This document shows positions 41,001-49,759 of a DNA stretch of 64,000 nucleotides, one piece after another. Each line of letters starts with the position of its first letter. Positions within the stretch are counted from its first letter, which is position 1. Under the pieces are notes generated by a model, which was not told the origin of the DNA, did not search any database, and saw only the letters and a program-made list of their open reading frames with translations. This DNA comes from Candidatus Poseidoniaceae archaeon (GTDB lineage Archaea; Thermoplasmatota; Poseidoniia; Poseidoniales; Poseidoniaceae). Location: positions 395,081 through 459,080 of the forward strand of contig CALSRB010000002.1 of assembly GCA_943788655.1 (NCBI GenBank). Direction: 5' to 3'. The translations under genes were made by a program, and so were the position numbers.

Positions 41001-44000
41001 TCAGAGAGGCTGCTTGGCGATTGAAGCCGATTGCACCGACCTTCATCTGCGTGTCATTTTCATGTGACGATGAAGACCCTGAACCGGCCTCAAAGACATA
41101 GGTGTCTTCGAAGTTTGGAAGGTTTAGTGCTGGCATAGCCTCACGGTGATGAAGTTCGACTGCAGCGCACGAGCCATCAGGACATGTTTGCCAAGTTGTG
41201 AGGTCAGGGAGCAAGAAATGGAAACTGTTCGACCAGTTACCAATTTGGTTGGTAGCGGAAATCGCACGGACTCTCCAGTGCCATGTCACGCCCTTATCCA
41301 GAGCGGTTGTCGGCGTGTATGTGTTGTTGCCCAAATCGAAGCCCGCATCATTCCAAGACGTGGAGACCTGCAAATTCGATGAGTCAAAAGTGGGCGTTGT
41401 ATCCAATTGGACGGCCCATCCTCCAACACTCAAATTGCTGTTGAAATTCCATGCGAGTGTCGGCTGATCAAGCGGTGTCAAATCGACTCCTGAGCCAAGC
41501 GCCCACGAACCGTTGAGTGGCAATGTTGGAACTGGGTCGTTTGGAACTGCGTTGGAACCTGGCACATAGACAAAGGTCAACTCAGGGCGAACCGAGACAG
41601 CACCGCTTCCAGGGTACAATTGAACATCCCGAGTTTGACCGGTTCCCACGCCGAGGACACCAATCATGAAGTCAGCACTGCGGTTGTTGCGCATGGCGTT
41701 TTGGACGCCGAGGGTGACGTTCCACTCGACGGTGGAACCCGAAGAGTATGCATTGTTGAGGCTCACTGAATCAAGCAAGGAGCCACGCTCGGTTCCTTTT
41801 GCACCGGCCATGCCCCAATTGTTCACACCGTCATAGGTGGTCCATGTTGCACCGTCGGCCGTCCAGTTGGCGAGGTTGTTTTCCCAAACAGCGAGGGTTG
41901 GGGCGTTGAATGGGTTGCTTCCGAGCGTGAATTCCAAGTTGGCCGATTCAACTGCGTAGCCCGCTGGGAGCAGATTGGATTGCAAATCACACCGCATGAG
42001 GGCGATTGATTCGCTTGGGTAGGTGTTGTATGACACGAACAATTTCGACTCATCATCGTAATTCTGGTTTGGCGTTCCACTGTCGATGTATGTGTCGTCG
42101 CATGCTGGGTAAAGGCCATCGTTTGTTCCGTTCCCATTGCTCATTCTGAACTCATATCGATCGCCACCAAGCCATGTGGACTCGGAGGCACTGACAAGGA
42201 AATTCGAGGTGCTCCATGCACCGTATCGTCCATCCGCATCAAGGTGAGCCATTCGCCAGAAATACATGTTTCCAGTCGACAAAGCGTTCACTCCAGTCAT
42301 GTTGAACACTCCATCGCCTGCTGCAAACGCGCTGCTCAGGTCGGTCGTTGTGTCCCAAACACGGTCCCGGAATTGCTCATCAGTTGCCATTTGGAACGCT
42401 AATTCATACGAGCCAGATGTGGACCCGTCCCATTCCAAGGATGGCGTGGTGTTCGCAGAGAAGTTGTGGCCGCTTTGGTTCCAGACTGCAGCGCCTTGGG
42501 CAGGTTCAAGCAAACTGACAGAAGGAAGGCTTGTGCCACTTCCCCAAGCGTAGGTAATGCTCACAGATGGTTGGTCAGCATCCACTGCAGCTTCCGAGGA
42601 ATGGAAAATCGTCGAGAGGGTGCCGGTGCTGGAGTAGTCGCCATGTTCACCTCGTGCGACAATGATGTAATCGGCGGGCTCGTTAGAGGAGGAGTCAAGC
42701 CACGATTGGAGGCTGGCAGTGAATCCAAACTGGAACCTTGAGGCGGTTTGTGAACTGTTGATGCCTGTTGCAGTTGCACTTGAGGAGAAGGCACGGCCGC
42801 CATCTTCCCAATCGTTGCCATTCCCGTTTGAGCCTCGATTCCATGTGAGTTCATCCTCAATCCAGATGTTTGATTCCATTTCATGCATTGAAAGCATGGA
42901 CGAGCCTGAGTTTGATTGGCGTTGGAGTTCGACATTTGCATCAAGGATGGTGGCGTTTGCTGGAAGACCAAGCGCGCCAAGGTCCATCCGGAAATGAATG
43001 ATTGATTCTTTGTTAGAAGTGAGTGTGGAAACCAGTGTGGCTTGATCACCATACTTTGTGTTCCGGCTGAGTTGGTTGGCGTAGGCATCTTCGATGAAAG
43101 CATTGGGAAGGCCAAGGTCATCAACGAACACCTCAATCGTTGCTGTGTTGTCCCCGTTATCGGTGACATCGTGAGCAGGAAGGAGGAAGGATTCGGTTGA
43201 CCAAGAACTCAAGGTGCTTGTCGTATCCATCGAACGATAACGGTAGTGAACCAATGTACCATTGTCAAATTGTTCACTTGCAGGCACTTGGTAAGAACCA
43301 GAAGTCGAGGTGGTTGTGAATGAATTCCACATGTTTGAATAATGCCATTCGAGATCGAGCTCAGTCTTGAATTCTGAATCGAGCGAGAATTGGTATTCAA
43401 CGGCTTCACCTGAAAGTGAATCGTAGGTAATCATCGGAGCACGAGCCGCTGTGAGGATGAAATCACCCGTCATTAACGCATGGCCATCCTCTGCAAAGGT
43501 GGACTCCATTGAGCCGCCAGATCCTGCGGCAGTGCTCGACGAATCAATCGTAAGCGTCGGGCGATTGTTGGGGTTGGAACTTTCGAGCAACTCGCACGTG
43601 TACATTGCACCAGTTCCTGCAACCAACAAATTGAGTTCGCTCTCGCCGTTTGCGGCAGCTGCTTGAGCATGTGCGGTCACATTGAGACTGAATGTTCCGT
43701 TCGCGGCGGTCCGGAAAGGAGGCTCCCAGGCCCCTCGGTCACTGAGACCATCGGCGCCTTGCCCGTCCCATGGAGCGTTTGAATCGCTCTGCATCCATGT
43801 TGCTTCCGAATCGTTCCAAGAAGCAACACCTGCAGTGTAGACATTGATCTGTGTCATTGATACGGAATCAGTTGTGCAGACAAGGTCAAGTGTAGCAGAT
43901 TGGATCGAGGAGGAGGAGGTCAGATTCAAGGGGAAGGTGAAGAGAAGGCGACTTTCCTCGGAAAACTCCGAAATGCCAACGTCACCGGAAACAGATTGGT

Positions 44001-44232
44001 TACCGATGGTGTTTGGATTGGTATCCGAGATAACGGAATCGAAGGTAGGCGCATCGACGGTCGTCACGCTGTAAACGATGGACTGGTCGTCAAGAGCAGG
44101 TTGATTTGGCACAGCACTGGGCACCAATAGATCGGCAAGAAGGAACATCATCACAAGAAGAAGTGCCGTTGAGGTTCGACGGGTTTCTGACGCGGTACGC
44201 ATGGGACTCGATGGCCTCTCTGCCTGCGCCAT
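35026..44232 (-). CDS. Giant (~3068 aa) surface protein: seven DNRLRE/disaggregatase-like domains alternating with FN3-like domains, Ig-like stalk, TM, acidic/Pro tail
   Basis: Seven repeats of the form D(T/A)xI...A-x-L-x-L...TW...RP-x-L; WRVRA..G.WS FN3-like units. Start moved to ATG 44232 (TTGAAT 30 nt upstream), which also removes the overlap with rfcS. Confidence 0.8.
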   Translation of the reverse strand: MAQAERPSSPMRTASETRRTSTALLLVMMFLLADLLVPSAVPNQPALDDQSIVYSVTTVDAPTFDSVISDTNPNTIGNQSVSGDVGISEFSEESRLLFTFPLNLTSSSSIQSATLDLVCTTDSVSMTQINVYTAGVASWNDSEATWMQSDSNAPWDGQGADGLSDRGAWEPPFRTAANGTFSLNVTAHAQAAAANGESELNLLVAGTGAMYTCELLESSNPNNRPTLTIDSSSTAAGSGGSMESTFAEDGHALMTGDFILTAARAPMITYDSLSGEAVEYQFSLDSEFKTELDLEWHYSNMWNSFTTTSTSGSYQVPASEQFDNGTLVHYRYRSMDTTSTLSSWSTESFLLPAHDVTDNGDNTATIEVFVDDLGLPNAFIEDAYANQLSRNTKYGDQATLVSTLTSNKESIIHFRMDLGALGLPANATILDANVELQRQSNSGSSMLSMHEMESNIWIEDELTWNRGSNGNGNDWEDGGRAFSSSATATGINSSQTASRFQFGFTASLQSWLDSSSNEPADYIIVARGEHGDYSSTGTLSTIFHSSEAAVDADQPSVSITYAWGSGTSLPSVSLLEPAQGAAVWNQSGHNFSANTTPSLEWDGSTSGSYELAFQMATDEQFRDRVWDTTTDLSSAFAAGDGVFNMTGVNALSTGNMYFWRMAHLDADGRYGAWSTSNFLVSASESTWLGGDRYEFRMSNGNGTNDGLYPACDDTYIDSGTPNQNYDDESKLFVSYNTYPSESIALMRCDLQSNLLPAGYAVESANLEFTLGSNPFNAPTLAVWENNLANWTADGATWTTYDGVNNWGMAGAKGTERGSLLDSVSLNNAYSSGSTVEWNVTLGVQNAMRNNRSADFMIGVLGVGTGQTRDVQLYPGSGAVSVRPELTFVYVPGSNAVPNDPVPTLPLNGSWALGSGVDLTPLDQPTLAWNFNSNLSVGGWAVQLDTTPTFDSSNLQVSTSWNDAGFDLGNNTYTPTTALDKGVTWHWRVRAISATNQIGNWSNSFHFLLPDLTTWQTCPDGSCAAVELHHREAMPALNLPNFEDTYVFEAGSGSSSSHENDTQMKVGAIGFNRQAASLIRIPLNAVPQPANARVTDAALNLYSEFSSPTGEPLAVRPVLQNWTGAANDVTYDGTNNWSALAGRDIGVDVGQYVDLQMSVSADWMSWDVTEAVQAALDSGASSLSLMVYASNEITSWSNGANLITFTTSEGLSSNRPWLNLTWTNGTAAVPSTAATNAGPSNGSIMWDATSHAVLPDYAPVLSWTLPSSVNAPAAWRVILFADADDDMAGRTVYDSRVTSSAFDLNALEFTPPSDIDVQTVRWTVQPIDSGMIGPQSVSTVFYIPDVVSGEVDSTHAWLSVQDGNMVADLNYPSVTIDTSIDQGNSQANNGANAYLSVGRSPQSSTLRSSTLLSIDFSTVPLPSVYEIENASLQLTAVNGNGEVFVTVSEMISSWDEASSWAHPGNNTTSWIGTGAYHSADSQIPETAGFWMNTTSVYEVNVTAMLQHAILRGQESLDILVQAEEIDGTVDGVYYIASSENTVRTDRPLLSFTYDTTTAWVPSAPYNMLPADGATLWNLSATRPSGADEVHANWTSSQTNETQWLLCGASEPRMVQDLECWDSGSAADGVWPDTTWDPTNLTMTDTNLTKGDFWNHWRVRADQDGRIGQWSAVQKFRIPENQGYDDGDGNQSISLYRGSIFEDTGLMPTVPDAEISSTVSSNMGSSQTLNLGTSSSGSGQSSILIEFDLSTMPWPAAMTPTSMLLNLYRYNVVGTSATTVSAYACSQFSQSTVTWNNTPSCSTTEITRSTLTLNPSSGWLEWDLTSLAQSNVASNNMTMTIMLEVVGTPYTNHQFYSSEYVNETLRPRLVVEYIDNVDGITPPSQPTLTYPSDGEVLYNTSGAVLQPDGTPILSWAQSTGATGYIVTIANQSGVYKYRSWESMNAFIGTTFRFPGTLDTGEVFQWWVQGVNQSIPGPSSSRWSFAIGNPDHVDNGDLTFSYTFQTGNEVTQFGHTNIRETHLSEADADENFGDADIIEVGTYFGQFSGQRAYMTFALNNGQVPLPAHASIHSASLGLYVDSWTTAGGANAMTFDVHRITNAQWSQSGSTWNNASTGVSWGASGMQAGVDYEATPVSSFVETDLSDNRWIWFDIGAQGMLIDNDNAWIIIGTPNRGDMMANFIASESLVGQAANRPMILLNHTDVNSVDITPTAPTTSADNPISFSYVAYDHLSMPVSAPIIWSASNGSISTTGVFTPYASGQHTVSACFGLVCSIEIVTVTPGAPTTLIATGSATEITADDTLTINAQVVDQFGNAVPNQAISFTPTNGSMDLAQPNLFLPYATGLQSIDVRWNGQSVTVQVLVMTGVASSFTLEGCSGTVPAGVWCSITHTLYDQFGNEIQDVTEAGSLTWTVGNGNYSTENSEYFPDHVGVWWLNLTSTSGAAGQLLITVGHGAMDSLELDLSATAITADDRIYINTTRIDVRGNRLPVFLPSQNWTKTSDGILTPGGPAIWDPISRGQKILEAKYEDKTTQVSITVEQGAIVTLVLVVENVDSVGDTFQLTADDSLDVNVKATDQKGNRWSIDANWTLVHATWSDQSILEGADIGNDEVTFQPFESSTTAYTIFAVYDDGSMVHEVSLFVEVSQGDLISTTVSAIASDGTSGEAFSLTADEYIDFSANLADLDTNAIDASLLTWVLINAETQETTDITSSLVAANMRWQATSVGNYTIAGYAISNAGYNISDEVTVTVLHGVAVSVASTVDTLAQDAGKEISIQITGTDADGNTFPQTVEWTENNSGVDDMSAGTEEGSYAYFARTAGTHSLEFSTGQATGSLELSVAAQRTVSSILVVLSETTVDQLGTFTVTVSAFDAYDNPIPVPASTNVDSTGRAEVLAQGQGVWKVVTLDSGSQTVTVTSGKVSESIEFEVTGNVGGFFKAGGPLYYVGAVLVAIIALVVVGLLVVALRGGDTDYDDYDDEDDYEDEAPSRSAKGPSGPAPSAAGPTGPAPGPSGPAPKVVPEVQPETEPEEDTSWMADHRVDDDGTEWAEDENGTWYYRQPDESEWSEWTE

Positions 44233-44361
44233 ATACTGTCTTTTCGCTTGAATGTCATTCAAACAACCATCTAGTTCAATTCCATTTGACTGAATTCCGC
44301 CCAAAAATTTCCGTTGTTTGAAGGGCCAATGTTGAAGGGCGCTCGCCGTCAAGAGGGACCC

Positions 44362-45315
44362 ATGAGCGAACTCTGGGTTGAGCGTCACAGGCCACAGGCC
44401 GTGAGTGAAATTCGTGGCCAACATGCCGTTGTTCAACGCTTGGCAGTCTATTCCGAAAAGAAGGAATTCCCTCATCTGTTGTTCGCCGGCCCCCCTGGCA
44501 CTGGAAAAACAACTGCAGCGATGGCTCTGACCAAGGATGTCTTTGGCGAGGAGTACCGCAGAAACCTGCTCGAGATGAACGCATCAGATGAGCGAAAACT
44601 CGAAAGCATCCGAACCAAGGTAAAGCAATTCGCACGGACCTCACCCTACGGTGGGGCCCAATTCAAGATCATCTTCCTTGACGAAGCTGATGCGCTGACC
44701 AATGATGCTCAAGGCGCCCTTCGCCGCATTATGGAGCAGTACGCTGAAACCTGCAGGTTCATCCTTTCTTGCAACTACTCGTCCAAAATCATCGAACCCA
44801 TCCAATCAAGGTGCGCTGTGTTTCGATTCAGACCATTGTCTGATGCTGATGTGAACGCTCAGATCCACAATGTAGCGGAACTCGAAGGTGTTACCCTCGA
44901 AGATGATGCAGGTGACGCATTGACCCGCATTTCTCAAGGTGATTTACGCAAAGCCCTGACAGGGCTACAAGTTGCATCTGCCATCAACATGCACATCACA
45001 CGAGATTTGATCTACGAAACATCGGCTACCGCTCCACCTGAAGCCTTGCATCAGTATTTGATGGCGTGCAGGGATGACGGATTCCATGCCGCACGCCGAA
45101 GGCTACGAGAACTTCTTGATCGCTACGGACTCGCTGGAACTGATTTTGTGAATCAATTGCACAGGGAACTCTATACTGCTGATTTTCTGAATGAGGATGC
45201 GAAGCTTGACCTCACCGAATGGATGGCAGAAGTCGAGTACCGTCTGGTCGAAGGTGGGGGGGAGCAAATACAACTCGATGCGCTCACGGCACGACTTGTG
45301 ACGCACCTTCGTTAA
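44362..45315 (+). CDS. rfcS: Replication factor C small subunit
   Basis: LWVERHRP, GPPGTGKT, LEMNASDER, DEAD, SRC; no intein. Confidence 0.96.
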   Translation: MSELWVERHRPQAVSEIRGQHAVVQRLAVYSEKKEFPHLLFAGPPGTGKTTAAMALTKDVFGEEYRRNLLEMNASDERKLESIRTKVKQFARTSPYGGAQFKIIFLDEADALTNDAQGALRRIMEQYAETCRFILSCNYSSKIIEPIQSRCAVFRFRPLSDADVNAQIHNVAELEGVTLEDDAGDALTRISQGDLRKALTGLQVASAINMHITRDLIYETSATAPPEALHQYLMACRDDGFHAARRRLRELLDRYGLAGTDFVNQLHRELYTADFLNEDAKLDLTEWMAEVEYRLVEGGGEQIQLDALTARLVTHLR

Positions 45316-45357
45316 TTTCACTTTCACTTTTTTCTTGAAGGGTCAATGAAAACAACA

Positions 45358-45558
45358 GGGTCGGTACGCTGACCCAAAGACATGAACACAACCACAGCCC
45401 GCCTCAACGATGCCCTTTGTTGGACGCCGCTCGCCCCATTGATACGGGCGGCCCGCAGGTACAGGATCGGACGACGTACCCGTGAACAGAGCGATGTTCA
45501 CAGGATTTCTGTGTTGTTGAGTTCAATCATGCTCGCTCATGGCGACATGCTCTCATGA
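45358..45558 (+). other. Structured intergenic element (candidate ncRNA) and/or 58-aa small ORF at 45382-45558
   Basis: Several hairpins enclosed by a closing stem. The ORF MNTTTARLNDALCWTPLAPL.. fills the gap. Confidence 0.35.
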
Positions 45559-46479
45559 CTCATCTGCTACGGGCAATTCTTCAACGATTCGAAGCGTCCA
45601 CGTGTAGGTGCGTGTGTTTTCCCAAGGGTCTCCATCTTCTGCAATGAGGACTGAAATGGTGTGAGTGCCAAGGTTGAGGCCCGTCTCGGACAGCAACACG
45701 GCAAAGGGCTGATCGCTCTCGCCGTGTGGCAACAGATTGGGCGTTCCTGAACTGTTGTCAAGGGTGCGACCGGTGTTGATTTGTTCCAAACGTTCGTCCC
45801 AAAAGGTTGAGTTGGAGGCGAGTTTCTGATTGCTCGCATCGTTATTATCAAGGCCGACGGAAACTTTGGCACCATCGGAATTTACGTTGTCGGCGAGACC
45901 GAACATCAACCAGACTTCGCCGGAAAGTGTTGCACCTTCCGCCACTGTCCATGTGATTTCACCATCCTTGCCGTTGTCATTGGCAAACACCAATTCTGTA
46001 CCGTCGCTCGTTGCAATGGTCCACTCACCGGACAATTGAGGGGCGACAATGTCGCCCAATGGCGGATTCACAAGCATAAACGAAAGCGCTAGGAATGTGA
46101 ACATGTGTAAGAATCCAGACTTAAACCAAGTCCCACGTGTGTAGTGCTCCATAAACCGCTCGGGCATGACCATGCGGTGAACTTGAGGAATGAGCACGAT
46201 TGCAGCGAGCGGGAGGAGGTAAAGAATGTCAGATTTCTCTGGATCGGTGCGAGGCATCAAGAAATAGCGCATCAACAACGACACCGTCACGGAAAACGTC
46301 AGCACGAGCCACATCGAGGCAGTGTCCGCTCGTTCCTTTGCGACGTACGTCACAGGGTCGAAGGCTTCAATCCCCATGTCTTTCCCAGTCCGGCGTTTTT
46401 TCCGATCTTGGGTTCCATCAGAGGACCTGCGTTTTTGTTCAGCAGCGGCCGCCGCCATCGCAGTATTGAGGTCCACCAT
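45553..46479 (-). CDS. Hypothetical membrane protein (three TMs plus extracellular domain)
   Basis: Start reset to MVDLNTAM (46479) because the longer ORF overlaps the tRNA. Confidence 0.75.
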   Translation of the reverse strand: MVDLNTAMAAAAAEQKRRSSDGTQDRKKRRTGKDMGIEAFDPVTYVAKERADTASMWLVLTFSVTVSLLMRYFLMPRTDPEKSDILYLLPLAAIVLIPQVHRMVMPERFMEHYTRGTWFKSGFLHMFTFLALSFMLVNPPLGDIVAPQLSGEWTIATSDGTELVFANDNGKDGEITWTVAEGATLSGEVWLMFGLADNVNSDGAKVSVGLDNNDASNQKLASNSTFWDERLEQINTGRTLDNSSGTPNLLPHGESDQPFAVLLSETGLNLGTHTISVLIAEDGDPWENTRTYTWTLRIVEELPVADES

Positions 46480-46578
46480 GAACCGCCCTGTGGCGTGAAG
46501 TGAATGAAGGCTACGGTCAAAATACCATCTCGAATCGGCCGTACCCTTCAAAGGGGGAAGGCGGCACGGGGGAACCAA

Positions 46579-46708
46579 GCCGGGGTGGCGTAGTTGGTGG
46601 CGCGTCGGACTCATAGGGCAGCCTTCAAGGCATTCGTATGACGTGCAAACCCCTTGTGGTGTCTGAGACATCCGAAGGTCGCGGGTTCAAGCCCCGCTCC
46701 CGGCACCA
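46579..46708 (+). tRNA. tRNA with CAT anticodon (probably elongator Met), 54-nt intron at 46616-46669 (position 37/38), CCA encoded
   Basis: Acceptor GCCGGGG/TCCCGGC, anticodon stem TCGGA/TCCGA, bulge-helix-bulge: TAG bulge, CTCA/TGAG helix, ACA bulge, GGCA/TGTC. Confidence 0.92.
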
Positions 46709-46803
46709 ATCTAAATCACAGAGCAGTGAGCATGCTATGCCAATCGCCCCATCCCTTAGCGAGAATGCGAACCCTTGATGTGCCCTCGACCGTTGGCAGA
46801 TTC

Positions 46804-48159
46804 ATGATTGATGCTCCACGTCCCGGTGAACGAGTCAAGATTGAGGTGATCAGCCATAATGGCATCACGACCCTCCAGGGCATCGCATTGCATCCTGCCG
46901 CACCCCGCCACGTTACTCTCAAACTGGTGAACGGCTACAATGCCAGTTATCCACTTGAGGCTGTTGAAACGATTGAAATCATCGGCGAATACAACGCGCC
47001 GCAACCAGCCACGCCTCAAATCATTGAGGCTTCAAACGAGCTTCCCCGTGTAAGGATCCTACACACGGGTGGCACCATTGCATCCAAGGTCGATTATGCG
47101 ACTGGAGCGGTTGTTGCGCGCTTTGAACCTGAAGAACTCGTAGCAAGCCTTCCCGAGTTGTGCGAAATCGCTCAAATCGAAGCGGTGAAACTTGGCAACA
47201 TGTTCAGCGACGACATTCGCCCCCAGCACTGGAACGCGATCATTGCTGCTTCGAAAAAGGCATTCGATGATGGATGCCGAGGTGTTGTGGTGACACACGG
47301 CACCGACACCCTCCACATCACCTCGGCCGCCGTCGGGCTGGCATGGGCAGCGCGAGGCGGGACTGCACCTGGACCAATCGCCTTCGTCGGATCGCAACGC
47401 TCGTCTGACCGCGGTTCCTCAGATGCTGCCGAGAATTTGTTGTGCGCAGTCCACTGGGCTGCAAATGGACCTAAGCCATTGGGCTCGCATGCCGACACCT
47501 CCGTTGTGGTCATGCATGCCAACGCAAATGACGGCGTGTGTTCCGTGCTCCCCGGAACAGGCGTTCGCAAAATGCATTCCTCGAGAAGGGACGCATTCCA
47601 CGCAGTAAACTGTGAGCCACTTGGCATGATTCACATCGAAAACGGTGCCATCCAACACACCCTCCATTCCACCTATGGAGAAGCCATTCAAGACAACCCA
47701 CGGCGAGAGGTAACACAACGACCTGACGCCTACGAGGCTGGCGTTCGAATCGCTCAATTCACGGCAGGGCCGTGGCTGCATGCTGAACAAATTGAGGCCG
47801 TAGCACAAAGCGGCGTTCAAGCCATCGTGATTCACGGAACGGGCCTTGGTCACCTTCCAATCGATGACCCCGGGAAAGATGCCCCAGAAAACACCAAGAT
47901 TTGGCGAACGCTCACCCGATGTGTCAACAGGGAAATACCGATTGTGGTCACCTCCCAGTGTATACATGGCCCGATTGACATGAATGTCTATTCCAAAGGG
48001 CGCAAACAAATCGACATGGGAATCATTGGCCACGGAAGCGTGGCGTCACCTGAAACAATGATTGTGAAGGTCCACTGGGCCTTGTCAAATTCAATGACAG
48101 TTGCGGAAGCGATTGCCACAGATTTAGCTGGAGAAGGGCGGAATACCCTCATGGTCTAA
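46804..48159 (+). CDS. gatD: Glutamyl-tRNA(Gln) amidotransferase subunit D
   Basis: LKLVNGYN, TGGTIASKVDY.TGAV, HGTDT, GSQRSSDR.SSD, KMHSSRRDAF. Confidence 0.95.
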   Translation: MIDAPRPGERVKIEVISHNGITTLQGIALHPAAPRHVTLKLVNGYNASYPLEAVETIEIIGEYNAPQPATPQIIEASNELPRVRILHTGGTIASKVDYATGAVVARFEPEELVASLPELCEIAQIEAVKLGNMFSDDIRPQHWNAIIAASKKAFDDGCRGVVVTHGTDTLHITSAAVGLAWAARGGTAPGPIAFVGSQRSSDRGSSDAAENLLCAVHWAANGPKPLGSHADTSVVVMHANANDGVCSVLPGTGVRKMHSSRRDAFHAVNCEPLGMIHIENGAIQHTLHSTYGEAIQDNPRREVTQRPDAYEAGVRIAQFTAGPWLHAEQIEAVAQSGVQAIVIHGTGLGHLPIDDPGKDAPENTKIWRTLTRCVNREIPIVVTSQCIHGPIDMNVYSKGRKQIDMGIIGHGSVASPETMIVKVHWALSNSMTVAEAIATDLAGEGRNTLMV

Positions 48160-48196
48160 GCGTTTTAATCAAAAACCGAGACGGAGTGGAGATGGT

Positions 48197-49759
48197 ATGG
48201 CAGGGAACTCGAGTGACCGTCTCGAAGACCTCCAGTTCAAGCGCGAACAGGCTCGGCTTGGTGGAGGATTGAAGCGTCAGGAGGCCATTCGAGCGAGTGG
48301 CAGAGGCACAGCACGTGACCGAATTGGACTGCTGCTTGATGAAGGGTCATTCATCGAAATCGATTCTTTCGTGACCCATCGAACAACCGACAATGGAATG
48401 TTCTTGCACCACACCATCGGTGATGGCGTTGTTGCTGGACATGGAACAATCGAAGGGCGTCGGGTCTATTGCTTCGCACAGGATTTCAGCGTCCACGGCG
48501 GCAGCATGGGAGAAATGCATGCTAAGAAAATCGCAAAAGTGGTTGAGATGGCGGATCGTGTCAAAGCCCCGATCATCGGATTGTGGGACGGTGGAGGTCA
48601 GCGCGCCCACGATGGCGTGGCTGCACTTGCAGGCACTGGCGAGTTGCTTGACAGGCTTGTCCAATGCAGCGGCCGCATCCCAATGATTTCACTTGTCCTC
48701 GGACCAGTTGTTGGCGTTTCCGCGCTTGCCGCCAGCCTTGCAGATTTCACCATCCTCGGAGAAGAACATGGACAACTGTTCCTGTCCTCACCTCTTGAAA
48801 CACCAGAGGTGATCGACGGCGAAGTGGATGCTGCAGGTCTTGGCGGAGCCAACCTTCATGCCTCTCGCTCTGGTATTGCCTGCATGATTGCAGAAGATGA
48901 AGAGGACGCCTGCACATTGGCCACTGAGATCCTCTCCTTCTTGCCCGACCACAACATGGCAGACCCCCCAGTTGAAGAAACAGCTGACCCCAAAACCCGG
49001 AAGAACACCGTTCTCGAAACCCTCGTGCCCGATAATCCAAACAAGCCCTATGACATGGTCAAGGTGGTTGAAGAAATCGTTGACGACGGAATCTTTGTCG
49101 AGTTATTCGAAGCCTATGCAGACAACATCATCATTGGCTTTGCTCGACTGGAAGGACGCACGATTGGAGTGGTTGGGAACCAACCAAAGGTCCTTGCGGG
49201 TTGTCTTGACATCGATGCATCAATCAAAGCAGCCCGATTTATTCGAACCTGTGATGCATTCAACATTCCGCTGGTCACCTTTGAAGATGTACCTGGATTC
49301 CTACCGGGTGTCGTCCAAGAATGGGGTGGTATCATTCGACATGGGGCAAAATTGTTGTTTGCCTATGCCGAAGCAACGGTGCCGAAATTAACGCTGGTCA
49401 CACGCAAAGCCTACGGGGGCGCTTACCTTGCCATGTCTTGCAAGCACTTGCAAAGCGATTACAACGTTGCGTGGCCAACTGCCGAACTTGCCGTTATGGG
49501 CGCAGATGGAGCAGTCAGCATCATTCATCGACGAGAAATCAACGCTGTTCCAGATGAGGAAAAGGAAGGCGTTCGACAGAAACTCGTGGCAGAGTACAAG
49601 GCCAAATTCGGCGATCCATATGTGGCAGCTCGAAATGGTTGGCTGGATGATGTCATCGAACCTGAAGAGAGCCGTATGCGCCTTTGCCGGGCCCTCAACA
49701 TCCTCCGCTCAAAGCGTGAATGGAGCCCACCAAAGAAGCACGGCAACATCCCGCTGTGA
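48197..49759 (+). CDS. pccB: Acyl-CoA (propionyl-CoA) carboxylase beta subunit
   Basis: QDFSVHGGS, DVPGFLPG, RKAYGGAY, AVMG, KKHGNIPL. Confidence 0.9.
   Translation: MAGNSSDRLEDLQFKREQARLGGGLKRQEAIRASGRGTARDRIGLLLDEGSFIEIDSFVTHRTTDNGMFLHHTIGDGVVAGHGTIEGRRVYCFAQDFSVHGGSMGEMHAKKIAKVVEMADRVKAPIIGLWDGGGQRAHDGVAALAGTGELLDRLVQCSGRIPMISLVLGPVVGVSALAASLADFTILGEEHGQLFLSSPLETPEVIDGEVDAAGLGGANLHASRSGIACMIAEDEEDACTLATEILSFLPDHNMADPPVEETADPKTRKNTVLETLVPDNPNKPYDMVKVVEEIVDDGIFVELFEAYADNIIIGFARLEGRTIGVVGNQPKVLAGCLDIDASIKAARFIRTCDAFNIPLVTFEDVPGFLPGVVQEWGGIIRHGAKLLFAYAEATVPKLTLVTRKAYGGAYLAMSCKHLQSDYNVAWPTAELAVMGADGAVSIIHRREINAVPDEEKEGVRQKLVAEYKAKFGDPYVAARNGWLDDVIEPEESRMRLCRALNILRSKREWSPPKKHGNIPL

Noticed and set aside
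44233-44475. Overlap of the giant ORF 5' end with rfcS
   Set aside because: Artefact of longest-ORF calling; downstream ATGs with promoter boxes (44232, 44362) remove the overlap.
45335-45558. SRP RNA or RNase P RNA identity for the structured intergenic regions (also 62958-63120)
   Set aside because: Could not find the SRP helix-8 CAGG..GNRA..AGCA signature or the RNase P GAGGAAAGTCC motif, and the regions are short.
46616-46669. C/D box guide RNA inside the tRNA intron
   Set aside because: Only a weak C-like ATGACG, and the CTGA overlaps the BHB helix; insufficient support.
46480-46803. ORFs 45553-46671 and 46654-48159 overlapping the tRNA
   Set aside because: Spurious N-terminal extensions; the likely starts are 46479 and 46804.
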